A DNA stretch of 63,659 bases, counting the filler, from Octopus bimaculoides (Eukaryota), in the NCBI RefSeq assembly GCF_001194135.2. It is 8 parts of 8 records of this genome, joined end to end, with 100 filler letters (N's around TTAATTAATTAA, not from the genome) between each part and the next. Parts side by side here need not be neighbours in the genome. Positions count along the whole stretch, not along the records: positions 18,513 to 28,934 come from NW_026340348.1; positions 29,035 to 38,309 come from NC_069000.1; 6 more parts are not named here. One strand, written 5' to 3'. The notes beneath the pieces are model-generated. The model was not told the origin of the DNA. It did no database searches and worked only from the letters and a program-made list of their open reading frames with translations. A program made the translations under genes and the position numbers. Below are positions 25,074-35,172 of this stretch, in pieces (position 1 is the first letter of the stretch; the number at the start of each line of letters is the position of its first letter).

Positions 25074-25433
25074 GAGCACTCAGAGAGCACAAGCCTCCAC
25101 CAAGGCAACACCAACTTCCTCTCAATGATTAGCCAGAGATGATGTTTAAAATGAGAATATCTGAAATAAACTCGACTGCTCTCACAAACGAGAATACTAA
25201 AAATGAACCCAACCGCTCTCAAAAATTAAGTAAAAAAAAAACCCAGAAAAATAATCCAGAATCCTTGTCTGGTACCAGATCGATCCCAAAATCTAATCAG
25301 TTCATGCCAGTTATGAGGCCAAACATCCCTGAAATTCTCATCCAAATCCATCCAGCGGTTCTTGAGATATCTTGTCCTCAGACAAACAAACATGGCTGAA
25401 AACAATACCTCCGCTTTAGCGAAGGCAGAGGTA
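25069..25433 (+). mobile_element. Second DINE-1/HINE-like copy
   Basis: Homologous to 23369-23732; 3' hairpin TACCTCCGCTTT-AGCG-AAGGCAGAGGTA at 25406-25433. Confidence 0.6.
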
Positions 25434-26222
25434 ATAATGACAATGGACCAGACAGAAACCTGCGACAGACATACTTTGAGGTTTGAAGGCCATAACACAA
25501 GTGGCAGGATATTACCAATGAAGTGTGATTAGAGAGTGGAAAGAGGAAGTAAGAGGTGAAAACCTAGGTATGTATAGAGTGTGGTGGGGGATACCAGATA
25601 ACAGCAATACAGAGAAACTGGGTCACGAGGACAGGATTGGGGAGTGAGAGGGAGGCGTAGTGCGTGAAGGAGGAAATGTGAGGAAGAGATGTGGATATGT
25701 AGATTGGTTTGTTGTGGTAGGGTGAGGGAAAAGTCTTCTTCTTGTGTGTGAGTGGAACACACAGATTGTGGGTGGGGGCTAGTTGATAGCAATGATACAG
25801 TGAGAAGGGCCAAGAGGGCAGGGTTGGGGAGTGGGAGGTGAGCCTAGTGCGTGAAGTAGAAATGTGAGGAAGAGAAGAGATGTAGAGATGTAGATTGGTT
25901 TGTTGTGGTAGGGTGTGTGAGAAGTTTTCTTGTTACATGTGGGTGGGACACACAGCGCTTCTAGAACTCAGTTTCACTGACGTGGGCAGGTTTTCTCAAG
26001 AACCTCATATTGCCAGACATCTCAAATGTTTGTGCTAAACACTAGCTCACTCCCCCTGTGAAATTAGTGTTACCTGAACAGGTGCACAGTGTACCACGTG
26101 AATAACATGAGATGAAGGTGTTTTGATTAAGAACACAATGCCCAGTGTAGGAGTTGAAACCATGATCTCACAATTGTGAGTGCAACAACCCAACCATCAG
26201 GCCATGCAACCACACAATAATC

Positions 26223-26261
<39 letters not shown>

Positions 26262-26264
<3 letters not shown>

Positions 26265-27630
26265 GTGCCTTAGGTATAAAAAAAAAATATTCAGAAAAAT
26301 ACATAACAAAAACACCAGGACTTACAAATATATATATAGCATACAGAAAATTGCACTACTGGGCACTGCACACATCCTATGCAAAACACTTTCAATACAG
26401 TAACCATAAGAGCACCACAGCAAACCACAGATCTATTTTAAAACGGGGGCCACAGTATTTTCTTNNNNNNNNNNNNNNNNNNNNNNNNNNNNNNNNNNNN
26501 NNNNNNNNNNNNNNNNNNNNNNNNNNNNNNNNNNNNNNNNNNNNNNNNNNNNNNNNNNNNNNNNNNNNNNNNNNNNNNNNNNNNNNNNNNNNNNNNNNNN
26601 NNNNNNNNNNNNNNNNNNNNNNNNNNNNNNNNNNNNNNNNNNNNNNNNNNNNNNNNNNNNNNNNNNNNNNNNNNNNNNNNNNNNNNNNNNNNNNNNNNNN
26701 NNNNNNNNNNNNNNNNNNNNNNNNNNNNNNNNNNNNNNNNNNNNNNNNNNNNNNNNNNNNNNNNNNNNNNNNNNNNNNNNNNNNNNNNNNNNNNNNNNNN
26801 NNNNNNNNNNNNNNNNNNNNNNNNNNNNNNNNNNNNNNNNNNNNNNNNNNNNNNNNNNNNNNNNNNNNNNNNNNNNNNNNNNNNNNNNNNNNNNNNNNNN
26901 NNNNNNNNNNNNNNNNNNNNNNNNNNNNNNNNNNNNNNNNNNNNNNNNNNNNNNNNNNNNNNNNNNNNNNNNNNNNNNNNNNNNNNNNNNNNNNNNNNNN
27001 NNNNNNNNNNNNNNNNNNNNNNNNNNNNNNNNNNNNNNNNNNNNNNNNNNNNNNNNNNNNNNNNNNNNNNNNNNNNNNNNNNNNNNNNNNNNNNNNNNNN
27101 NNNNNNNNNNNNNNNNNNNNNNNNNNNNNNNNNNNNNNNNNNNNNNNNNNNNNNNNNNNNNNNNNNNNNNNNNNNNNNNNNNNNNNNNNNNNNNNNNNNN
27201 NNNNNNNNNNNNNNNNNNNNNNNNNNNNNNNNNNNNNNNNNNNNNNNNNNNNNNNNNNNNNNNNNNNNNNNAAAATGAAAAAAGCAAATAAAACGAAGCT
27301 ATGGAGATTAAATACGCTTTACACCACTTAATCAGCCAAAGGAGTAAATATAAACAACTGAATACTTGTCAGTGATTGGTTGAAATTATCGAAATAAGAC
27401 AATTTTTTTACATGAAATAAATTCAAATACAAAAATATTTTTCTGTTCTATAACACAAAATAGATAAGTATACGAAGTTTGAAAGTCTGTCCGTACCAAA
27501 AACACTACGTAAAACATTAATGAAAACTGTGGCCCCCGTTTTAAAATAGATCCCAAACGACAGCACATACCCAAGGCGCACAGAGCTGCGCTCGGTTGTG
27601 AGTGAAAGCACGTTATAAAAATAAAACTAC
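26262..27630 (+). mobile_element. R4-like 3' terminal fragment (26262-26428 and 27554-27630), split by a DNA transposon
   Basis: GALG...YITKTPGLTNIY.IQKIALLGTAHIL.KTLSIQ* after (AAT)n; the 3' UTR resumes after the insert and ends in AATAAT. Confidence 0.7.
26429..27553. mobile_element. Non-autonomous DNA transposon with 27-bp TIRs and 8-bp TSD (Merlin-like)
   Basis: GATCTATTTTAAAACGGGGGCCACAGT at 26430 and its exact reverse complement ending 27552. Flanks CAAACCAC / CAAACGAC. The superfamily is inferred from GG-type ends and the 8-bp TSD. Confidence 0.7.
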
Positions 27631-27751
27631 TGAACATAATAATAATAGTAATGTTGTTTCACAGACCATCATACATTAGCAGCATATTGATTTATTATGT
27701 ATAAGCAACAGCAGCAGAAGCCATAGTTTCTAATCAAGTCACCACATGGAG

Positions 27752-27862
27752 GGTAGATCAGCCGAAACGTTGTGTGAACAACAACAACAAACAAGATGAG
27801 GACAAATATCTGTCAAATGTAAATAATGTCAATAACTCCTCATCTCTTAAATATAGAACTGT
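27752..27862 (+). mobile_element. 5'-truncated copy of the hammerhead-bearing Penelope-type repeat
   Basis: GAGGGTAGATCAGCCGAAACGTTGTGT...GATGAGGACAAATATC...CTCATCTCTTAAATATAGAACTG matches 11533-11924. Confidence 0.75.
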
Positions 27863-27899
27863 AAAAGTCAGGAAAGTGAACAGTGTGTGAGTCATGATA

Positions 27900-28225
27900 T
27901 ACATGTGTGCATGTGTATGGAGTGGGGGGGATATCAGGTGTAGTGTTGGCAAATTTCAGGAAGCATGGAGGTTTTAAAGGATACAATGTATCAGCAATTA
28001 ACACCTGATGCAGGTAGTTTGTTCCATGCTTCAGCAACTCTGAGTGTGAAAAAATGTTTCTGAAAGTCATGGGAGCTGTGCTACTTTCCGACTTTGTAGG
28101 TATGCCCACATGTGTTAGACACATGGAGCTCAAAGAGGTGCTCAAGGGTTTGTTGGTGTGATGGTTCATAATTTTGTGGGTATTTACCAAGTCAGTTGCC
28201 AGATGTTGGAGCTTATACAATACAT
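27900..28225 (-). mobile_element. CR1-type LINE 3' end
   Basis: LATDLVNTHKIMNHH...GHTYKVGK*HSSHDFQKHFFTLRVAEAWNKLPAS. Confidence 0.75.
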
Positions 28226-28239
28226 ACATACATACACAC

Positions 28240-28820
28240 ATAGTATTCCCAGTGAAGACCTCAATAAAATGTAAGCACAACAGACCTGATATAATGATTA
28301 GGGATAGAGAAGAGAAACTGTGAACAGTTGTGGAAATTATCTGCCCAGCAGATGTTAACATAAAGATGAAGATCAGTGAAAAAGAGAATACCTATGCTGA
28401 ACTACTGAGAAATCTGCAGTTACTCTATCCAGATTACAAGTTCAGGTTTATACCTGTAATTATTGGGGTCCTGGGATATGTAACAGACTGCCTAAATACC
28501 AATCTCGAGGAATTAAGCTTCTCACAACCAGAAAAGAGAGAGCTAATTTGAAGACTACAGATCCAATTTTACACTGGAACTGTAAAAATCTGTAAAACTT
28601 TCCAGAAGTTTATCATTTAAATATATATGAGCATGTCTAGGTATGTAACTATATGCATGAGAATATATACATAAGACAAAACGTACAAATCTGCACATAT
28701 ACATACATACAAACAAACAAAAATTCCCTGTTGTTGATGTTGACATTCCAATGAAGGAGCCTTGGATCTGGGTTAGAAACCGGTTCTTTCTCTCTTGGCA
28801 AGAAATCTTGAAATAAAACT
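28240..28820 (+). mobile_element. Second RLE-type (R4-like) LINE 3' end
   Basis: KHNRPDIMIRDREEKL*TVVEIICPADVNI...FIPVIIGVLG: PD-(D/E) endonuclease motifs. Confidence 0.75.
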
Positions 28821-28934
28821 GAACAATGACATACATAGATATGTATGTATTTATTTATGATGAAAAAGGGAAGAATGAATAACTCTTTCTTTTACTTTCT
28901 TTTACTTGTTTCAGTCATTTGACTGCGGCCATGC

Positions 28935-29034
28935 NNNNNNNNNNNNNNNNNNNNNNNNNNNNNNNNNNNNNNNNNNNNTTAATTAATTAANNNNNNNNNN
29001 NNNNNNNNNNNNNNNNNNNNNNNNNNNNNNNNNN
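28935..29034. other. Artificial scaffold spacer
   Basis: 44N-TTAATTAATTAA-44N. Confidence 0.95.
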
Positions 29035-29349
29035 ATACATGTTTTACCTATGAATTTGCGTGTGTAAATTGGGAATGCATACAACGTTTCTCTGCCCTAG
29101 GTGTACGGAAAACACTCGGCGAGAAATGGGAAAAAATTTGAAGAAAGAAGAAAAAAAAAACATAATAATAATAATAATGGTAAATAAATCAATATAAAAA
29201 ACAAAAATAAAATATTTTAAAATTTAATGAAATAAAACAAAAATAACCAAAAAAAAACCATATACATATATATAAAAATATTAGGTAATTTACATTTATT
29301 CCTTAGGCATCATACCTATCCCAACCTATGTCGCTCACTATAGTGTTAA

Positions 29350-29620
29350 AGTTATCTAGGGAACTTGCTGAAGGATTTATCATAAAAATGCTTACAGCAC
29401 ATATATAATTCCTGCCTATGATTAATAAAATTATTCACTGACATAAATATTTGCAATGACACCTCTAGGCAAAGTTCACATCCGTTTCTTCCTATTTTGT
29501 ATGGTTTAGCTCGACTTAGAATTGACCATTTTAGCTCATCTTCTGTCTTTTCCTCCCTAAGATGCTATATTAGCTTGCTATTAAATATAAGCTTGCTATT
29601 TTCTTTCTTTTTGTATTTGA
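29350..29620 (-). mobile_element. Penelope-like GIY-YIG C-terminal remnant
   Basis: HLREEKTEDELKWSILSRAKPYKIGRNGCELCLEVSLQIF...NHRQELYMCCKH. Confidence 0.7.
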
Positions 29621-30634
29621 ATGATGAGATGTGATTGTAATAGTGGAACTTAAATGTCATCGTGCAACATCTGTAATCATAAATTTTGTTCCAGGTTACT
29701 ACTGCACATTCAAAAACAAACCATCCAACCTATGCCAGCATGGAAAGTGGACATTAAGTAATGAGGATGATGATGATGATATATACATACATACAGTCAT
29801 TCAAACTCATCTATTCTCTAAAATAATTCTTTCTTGTTTGTTCTAACCTTACAATGACTAACCTTGTTTCTTGGCTACATGTATATACTTATTTCGTACT
29901 TTTCTCTAAAATAACTCCTTCTTGTTCGCTCTAGCCCTTAAAATGACCTTTCATAAACTGTAGACCTCTATATTAGCTCATCAAATAACTTCTAAATTTG
30001 CAATCTCTCCCTCTAAAATAATAATCCCTTCCTTTGCTTCTTGACTACATATATATACATATTCCATAGTGTTCACTAAGATAATTTCTTTCTTTCCTGT
30101 TTGTATCTCTCCTATCTCTTGTTGCAATGGCTACTCCCTCTTATTTCTCTTTGAAGCCTAGGCCAAAGGCTGCTTTCTTTGTCCATTTCTGGCTGTCGCC
30201 TCCACACCTGTTACCACCCCCTCAGACTTTCATTAGTTTATGTCATGTGTTCGGTGGCTGATGACACTTGAAAATATGCACAACTAAGCTAAGAATCTCT
30301 TGTTTCAAACTTCATTCAAACTCATCTATTCTCCAAAATAATTCTTTCTTGTTTGTTCTAACCCTACAATGACTAACCTTGTTTCTTGGCTACACGTATA
30401 TACTTATTTCGTACTTTTCTCTAAGATAACTCTTTCTTGTTCGCTCTAGCCCTTAAAATGACCTTTTGTATCGGTGGTTGCACCCGCTCTTTCTCGCCCC
30501 CGCCACCAATACTAGAAATCTCTTTCTCTCTCTCTCTTACCGGAAATCTTTCTCTCTCTCTCTTACCGGAAATCTTTCTCTTGTTTTATTTTTGGCATCC
30601 TTCTGGCCTCAAGTCTAAAGTCACTAATAACTAG

Positions 30635-31010
30635 ACTATGTGGTGGGGGGTGCATTCTTCATCAGGGAGGGTCTTTGTATTTAAGAGCAACCATGCATCC
30701 TACTGTCTGGTGAGAATGAAATTGATCTGGCTAGCAGAGTCACCTGATTGATAGGTTATCAGGTGGCTAGCTGGCTTCCTGAAGTTGGTGTTGCAGATCA
30801 ATAGGTTATTTGCATCGCAGAACTCCAGGAGCCTAGTTCCCTCTTCATTTCTGGTACCAACTACATGGCCCACATGTACACTATGGAAGATACCAGATTA
30901 CCATCCGACATGCCCATTAAAATCTCCAGCCTCAATGATAAGAACAATATCATAAAAGTGATCTTTCTGTTCATTTGGTAGGCTCACTTGTGATCTTCTT
31001 ACCTGCATCA
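30635..31010 (-). mobile_element. RTE-clade LINE AP-endonuclease fragment (inverted relative to the adjacent RT)
   Basis: AGDFNGHVG...RNEEGTRLLEFCDANNLLICNTNFRKPASHLITYQSGDSASQI.FILTR. Confidence 0.85.
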
Positions 31011-31014
31011 TAAA

Positions 31015-32465
31015 TCAGGTAGTTCATGAAGGAATCATAACCAATGACTAGTGTAGCAGCACCATAGTCAACTGCTACAAGGGGAAAGGTGATGCTTTAG
31101 AAAGAAATAACTACAGGGATATCAAATTATTAGATCAGATGACGAAAATTACAGAGAAAATAATCAGGGAGAGAGCTAGCCAAGATGCGATGCAGTTGGT
31201 TTTGTGCCAGGCAGAAGCACCAATGATGCTATATTTCTGGTAAGGCAACTGCAAGAGAAATGCCTAGCCAAAGATAAACCTCTGTACTTGACTTTTGTTG
31301 ACGTGGAGAAAGCATTTGACAGGGTCCCCTGATCCCTTATCTGGTGGTCAATGCAGAAAATGGAGATAGATGAGTGGTTGGTGAGAGCTGTACAAGCCCT
31401 GTACAGGGATGCTGTCAGTAAGGTGAGGGATGGCAACGAGTATAGCGAAGAATTCTGAGTAGAAGTAAGGATTCACCAAGGATTTGTCCTCAACCCCCTC
31501 TTATTCATTATAGTCCTCCAAGCAATAACAGATGCTGATGACCTTGCTCAAAAAGCTGAGTCACTGCCAGAACTGGAGACGAAGTTTAGGGTGTGGAAGC
31601 AAGGTCTAGAATTGAAGGGCCTTAAGGTTAAGCTAGCAAGAAAGCTGTCAAATCACAACCCACTTTAGGTAGATGGCTCTGCCCGATCAGTAGAAAAGGT
31701 GTGGATAGACACACCATACAATGTACCCAGTGTAAGCTATAAAAGGTTCAGCAATAGCAAAGGAAGGTTAACTGGGAAAATAGTTTTTGCGTGTGGCAGA
31801 TGTACAGGAGCAATAAACTTTGAAGATGTACAGAAAACAGATTCCATCACATGCCAGGAGGAGAAACTAGAAGTAGTTAATAGTTTCCGCTACCTAGGTG
31901 ACCAAGTCTGTAGTGGGGGTAGCTGCTCTGAGAGTGTAGCGACTACAGTAAGAATAGCCTGGGCAAAGTTCAGAGAGCTCCTACCTCTGCTAGCAACTAA
32001 GGGCCTCTCGCTCAAGGTGAAAGGTAGACTGTATGATGCATGTGTGCAAATTGCCATGCTACATGGCAGTGAAACATGGGCCATGAATGCTGAGGACATG
32101 CGTAGGCTTGAAAGAAATGAAGCTAGTATGATCCGCTGGATGTGTAATGTCAGTGTGTATTTACAACAGAGTGTAAGTGCCCTGAGAGAAAAGTTGGACA
32201 TAAGAAGCATCAATATGCCGTGTTTGAGAAGAAAACCCATCATGCTAAATAAAATTGTAGTTGTGGTAGATACTGGTGTCATGCAACTGCCACCCATGCC
32301 AGTGGCACGTGAATGCACTCATTACACTCTGAGAGTGGTTGGTGTTAGGAAGGGCATCCAACCATAGAAATCATGCCAAATCAGACTGGTGTCTGGTGCA
32401 GCCCCTCAGCAGCTCACCAGCCCTCGTCAAGCCATCCAACCCATGGACAATGGACGTTAAAAGAT
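31015..32465 (+). mobile_element. RTE-clade LINE RT and 3' end, degenerate
   Basis: VNCYKGKGDALERNNYR.IKLL; FVDVEKAFDRVP; HQG.VLNPLLF; DADDL; SFRYLG; MLHGSETW; tail ending GGACGTTAAAAGATG. Confidence 0.9.
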
Positions 32466-32517
32466 GCATGCATGCATACATATATGCATACATACATGCA
32501 TACATATATATACATAC

Positions 32518-34690
32518 ATGAACTTTCACAAAGCTGATTGGAAAGGTATTGAGAAAGAGGTCATAGAACAAAACTGGTCTACCTGTCTTTCTACTCAAGA
32601 TATTGACATAAAGCTGCATCATTTCATGATAAGCATACACAACATATGCAGTAAGTTTGCTCCAGAGAGAATGCCAAACCAACAGAAAAATATAATTTCA
32701 AGGGACAAGAAGATTCTAATGAGAGAATGAGCAAAAATCTTCAACTGTCTAAATGGGCCACTAGAGAATAGCAAATGACCTGATCTCAAACAAACATTGT
32801 TTGAGATCTAAAATAAACTAAAACACTCTCATGAAAAGGAGAGGGCAGAAAAAGAAGTCAGGGCTATCAAAAATATTAAGACAAACACTAAAGCCTTTTA
32901 TAGATATGCAAAAGAGTCTGCTTCAGTATGGTACAAGATAAGGCCAAGATTCGAAGAAAATGGCTTGCTGACTGCAGACCCTCAGAGGATCAGTGAAATA
33001 TTGAATGTGTAATACAAGAATGTTTTCACAGCTCCATTGGGCACTTGCAAGTAGCTATGCCTGATGAGTTCTTTGGGACCACAGCTCTACACAAAGAAAT
33101 GACAATTATAGATAAAATCAACATAGGGAAACTGATGTAATATCAGCTATTGATGAAATGAGCTCAAACTCAGCCACAAGCCCTGGTGGATTCTCAGCAA
33201 TCCTTTTAAAGAAATGCAAAGGGGTTCTAGCAAGACCACTACAGATTCTCTTCCAAAGCTTCTTCACAACTGGGAGACTCTGAAAAAGTTAAAAAGGAAG
33301 GCATTATATGTCCTATTCATAAAGGAGATAGCAGAGCAATGCTAAAAATTCTAAACCTGTCTCTCTAACCTCCCATATCAGCAAAATCATGGAATGCATT
33401 GTCAGGAGGAAACTACTTGAATTCATTGAAAATAATGACTTGATCCCTAACACCCAGCATGGATTCCACTCAGGAAGAAGCTGCCTTACACAGCTTTTAC
33501 ATCTTTATGACTGGGTGTTGAAACAATTAAATAATTATTCAAACTTGGATGTGATATATCTCAATTTTCCAAAGGGATTTGATAAGGTTGATCATGGGAT
33601 GATATGTCAAAGGCTACAGAGACTTGGCACAGTTGGAAAACTGGGAGAGTAGTTGTAGGACTTTTTAAAAGAAGATACTAGGCTGTAGCAGCCAATGGAG
33701 CCCTCTCCAAGAAGACAGTAACAGAGAGTGGAGTGCCTCAGGGAACTGTATTGGGGTGGTTATTGCTCAGGGTGGCTTTTTCAGGCATACCATGAGTTAC
33801 ACAGACAGCCACACTTACGAGCTATGTCAATTATACAAAAGTAGTACAAGTCAAGGAACCTAGATGTTGTGTATTAATGGACTGAAGAAAACAGCATACA
33901 ATTTAATGCAGGTAAATTCCAAGCCCTCTGCTACCAGCTAATTGGCGCTCACAAGCTGCAACAATGATACCTTGGACCAAAAGGAGTGGAAATCACAGAA
34001 TCACATACAGTGCATGATCTGGGGACTGATATGGGTAATGTTGCCTAATTTCACACACACATCACCAAAATGGAGGCAATGTGCAGCTGAATAACCATAG
34101 ATTCTGAGAATCTCCAGAACAAGGCATCAGAAAACTATGGTGGTTCTGTGGAGGACATTTGTCCTCAGCTGTCTGGGCTACAGCTCTCAACTGAGGTCGA
34201 TCCACAGTGTCAAATTAATAGCTGAACTTGAGGCAGTTCAGTGGTGCTAAACCAGGAAGATTGCAGCTGAACTAGTGGGAGAGACTGAAATAGCTACAAC
34301 TCTACTCCCTGGAGCGAAGACAGGAGAGGTATGTAGTGATATATGTATGCAAGATCCTGAAGGGGCTGGCACCAAACTTTGCTAACAAGAGATATACCAG
34401 ACCCCAAACTAGACGTCACTGCACTGTTCCAAAAGTTTCAGTAGCCCCATCGAAGGTGAGGAGCGTGTACTGCAGTAGTTTGAGATTCAAGGGCCCACAG
34501 TTATTTAATGCCTGGCCAAAACATCCAAGAGATCTTCATGGAGTAGGGGGTAAATATTTTCAAGAAACAACTTGACCTCCTGCTATCCAAGGTCCCAGAT
34601 GAACCAATATCAAGGCAGGAACCTCAAAAGAGGACAGCAGTGTCAACTCCCTCCTTCACCAAAAGCTATTCACATAAAATTGGTCATTGA
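32518..34690 (+). mobile_element. CR1-like LINE ORF2, heavily mutated
   Basis: PVSLTSHISKIME; QHGFHSGRSCLTQLL; DVIYLNFPKGFDKVDH; GVPQGTVLG; LYSLERRQERY. Confidence 0.85.
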
Positions 34691-34715
34691 AAAGGTGATT
34701 ACACACATATATATA

Positions 34716-34759
<44 letters not shown>

Positions 34760-34986
34760 TATACATACACACACACATATATACACATACATACATATAT
34801 ATATACATATATATACACATAGATATATATATACACACACACACACCCCTTCAGGTAGATGGCCCTGCTCAGTATGTAGAAAAGGANNNNNNNNNNNNNN
34901 NNNNNNNNNNNNNNNNNNNNNNNNNNNNNNNNNNNNNNNNNNNNNNNNNNNNNNNNNNNNNNNNNNNNNNNNNNNNNNNNNNNNNN

Positions 34987-35172
34987 TGTTGTGCCTGTAA
35001 TTTAAAGGGTCAGCCTTGTCACACTGTGTCACACTGGATATACCCGAGAACTACGTTAAGGGTACACGTGTCTGTGGAGTGCTCCCCCACTTGCACATTA
35101 ATTTCACGAGCAGGCTGTTCCATTGATCGGATCAACTGGAACCCTCGACGTCATAAGCGACGGAGTACCAAC
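34987..35172 (+). mobile_element. 3' half of the 7347-7736 SINE family
   Basis: TGTTGTGCCTGTAATT...GATCGGATCAACTGGAAC...GACGGAGTACCAACA. Confidence 0.85.

Noticed and set aside
30255-30285. CTGATGA...GAAA (also CTGATGA at 40758 and, on the minus strand, 22050) as hammerheads
   Set aside because: No pairable stem II, or no correctly placed GAAA and stem I.
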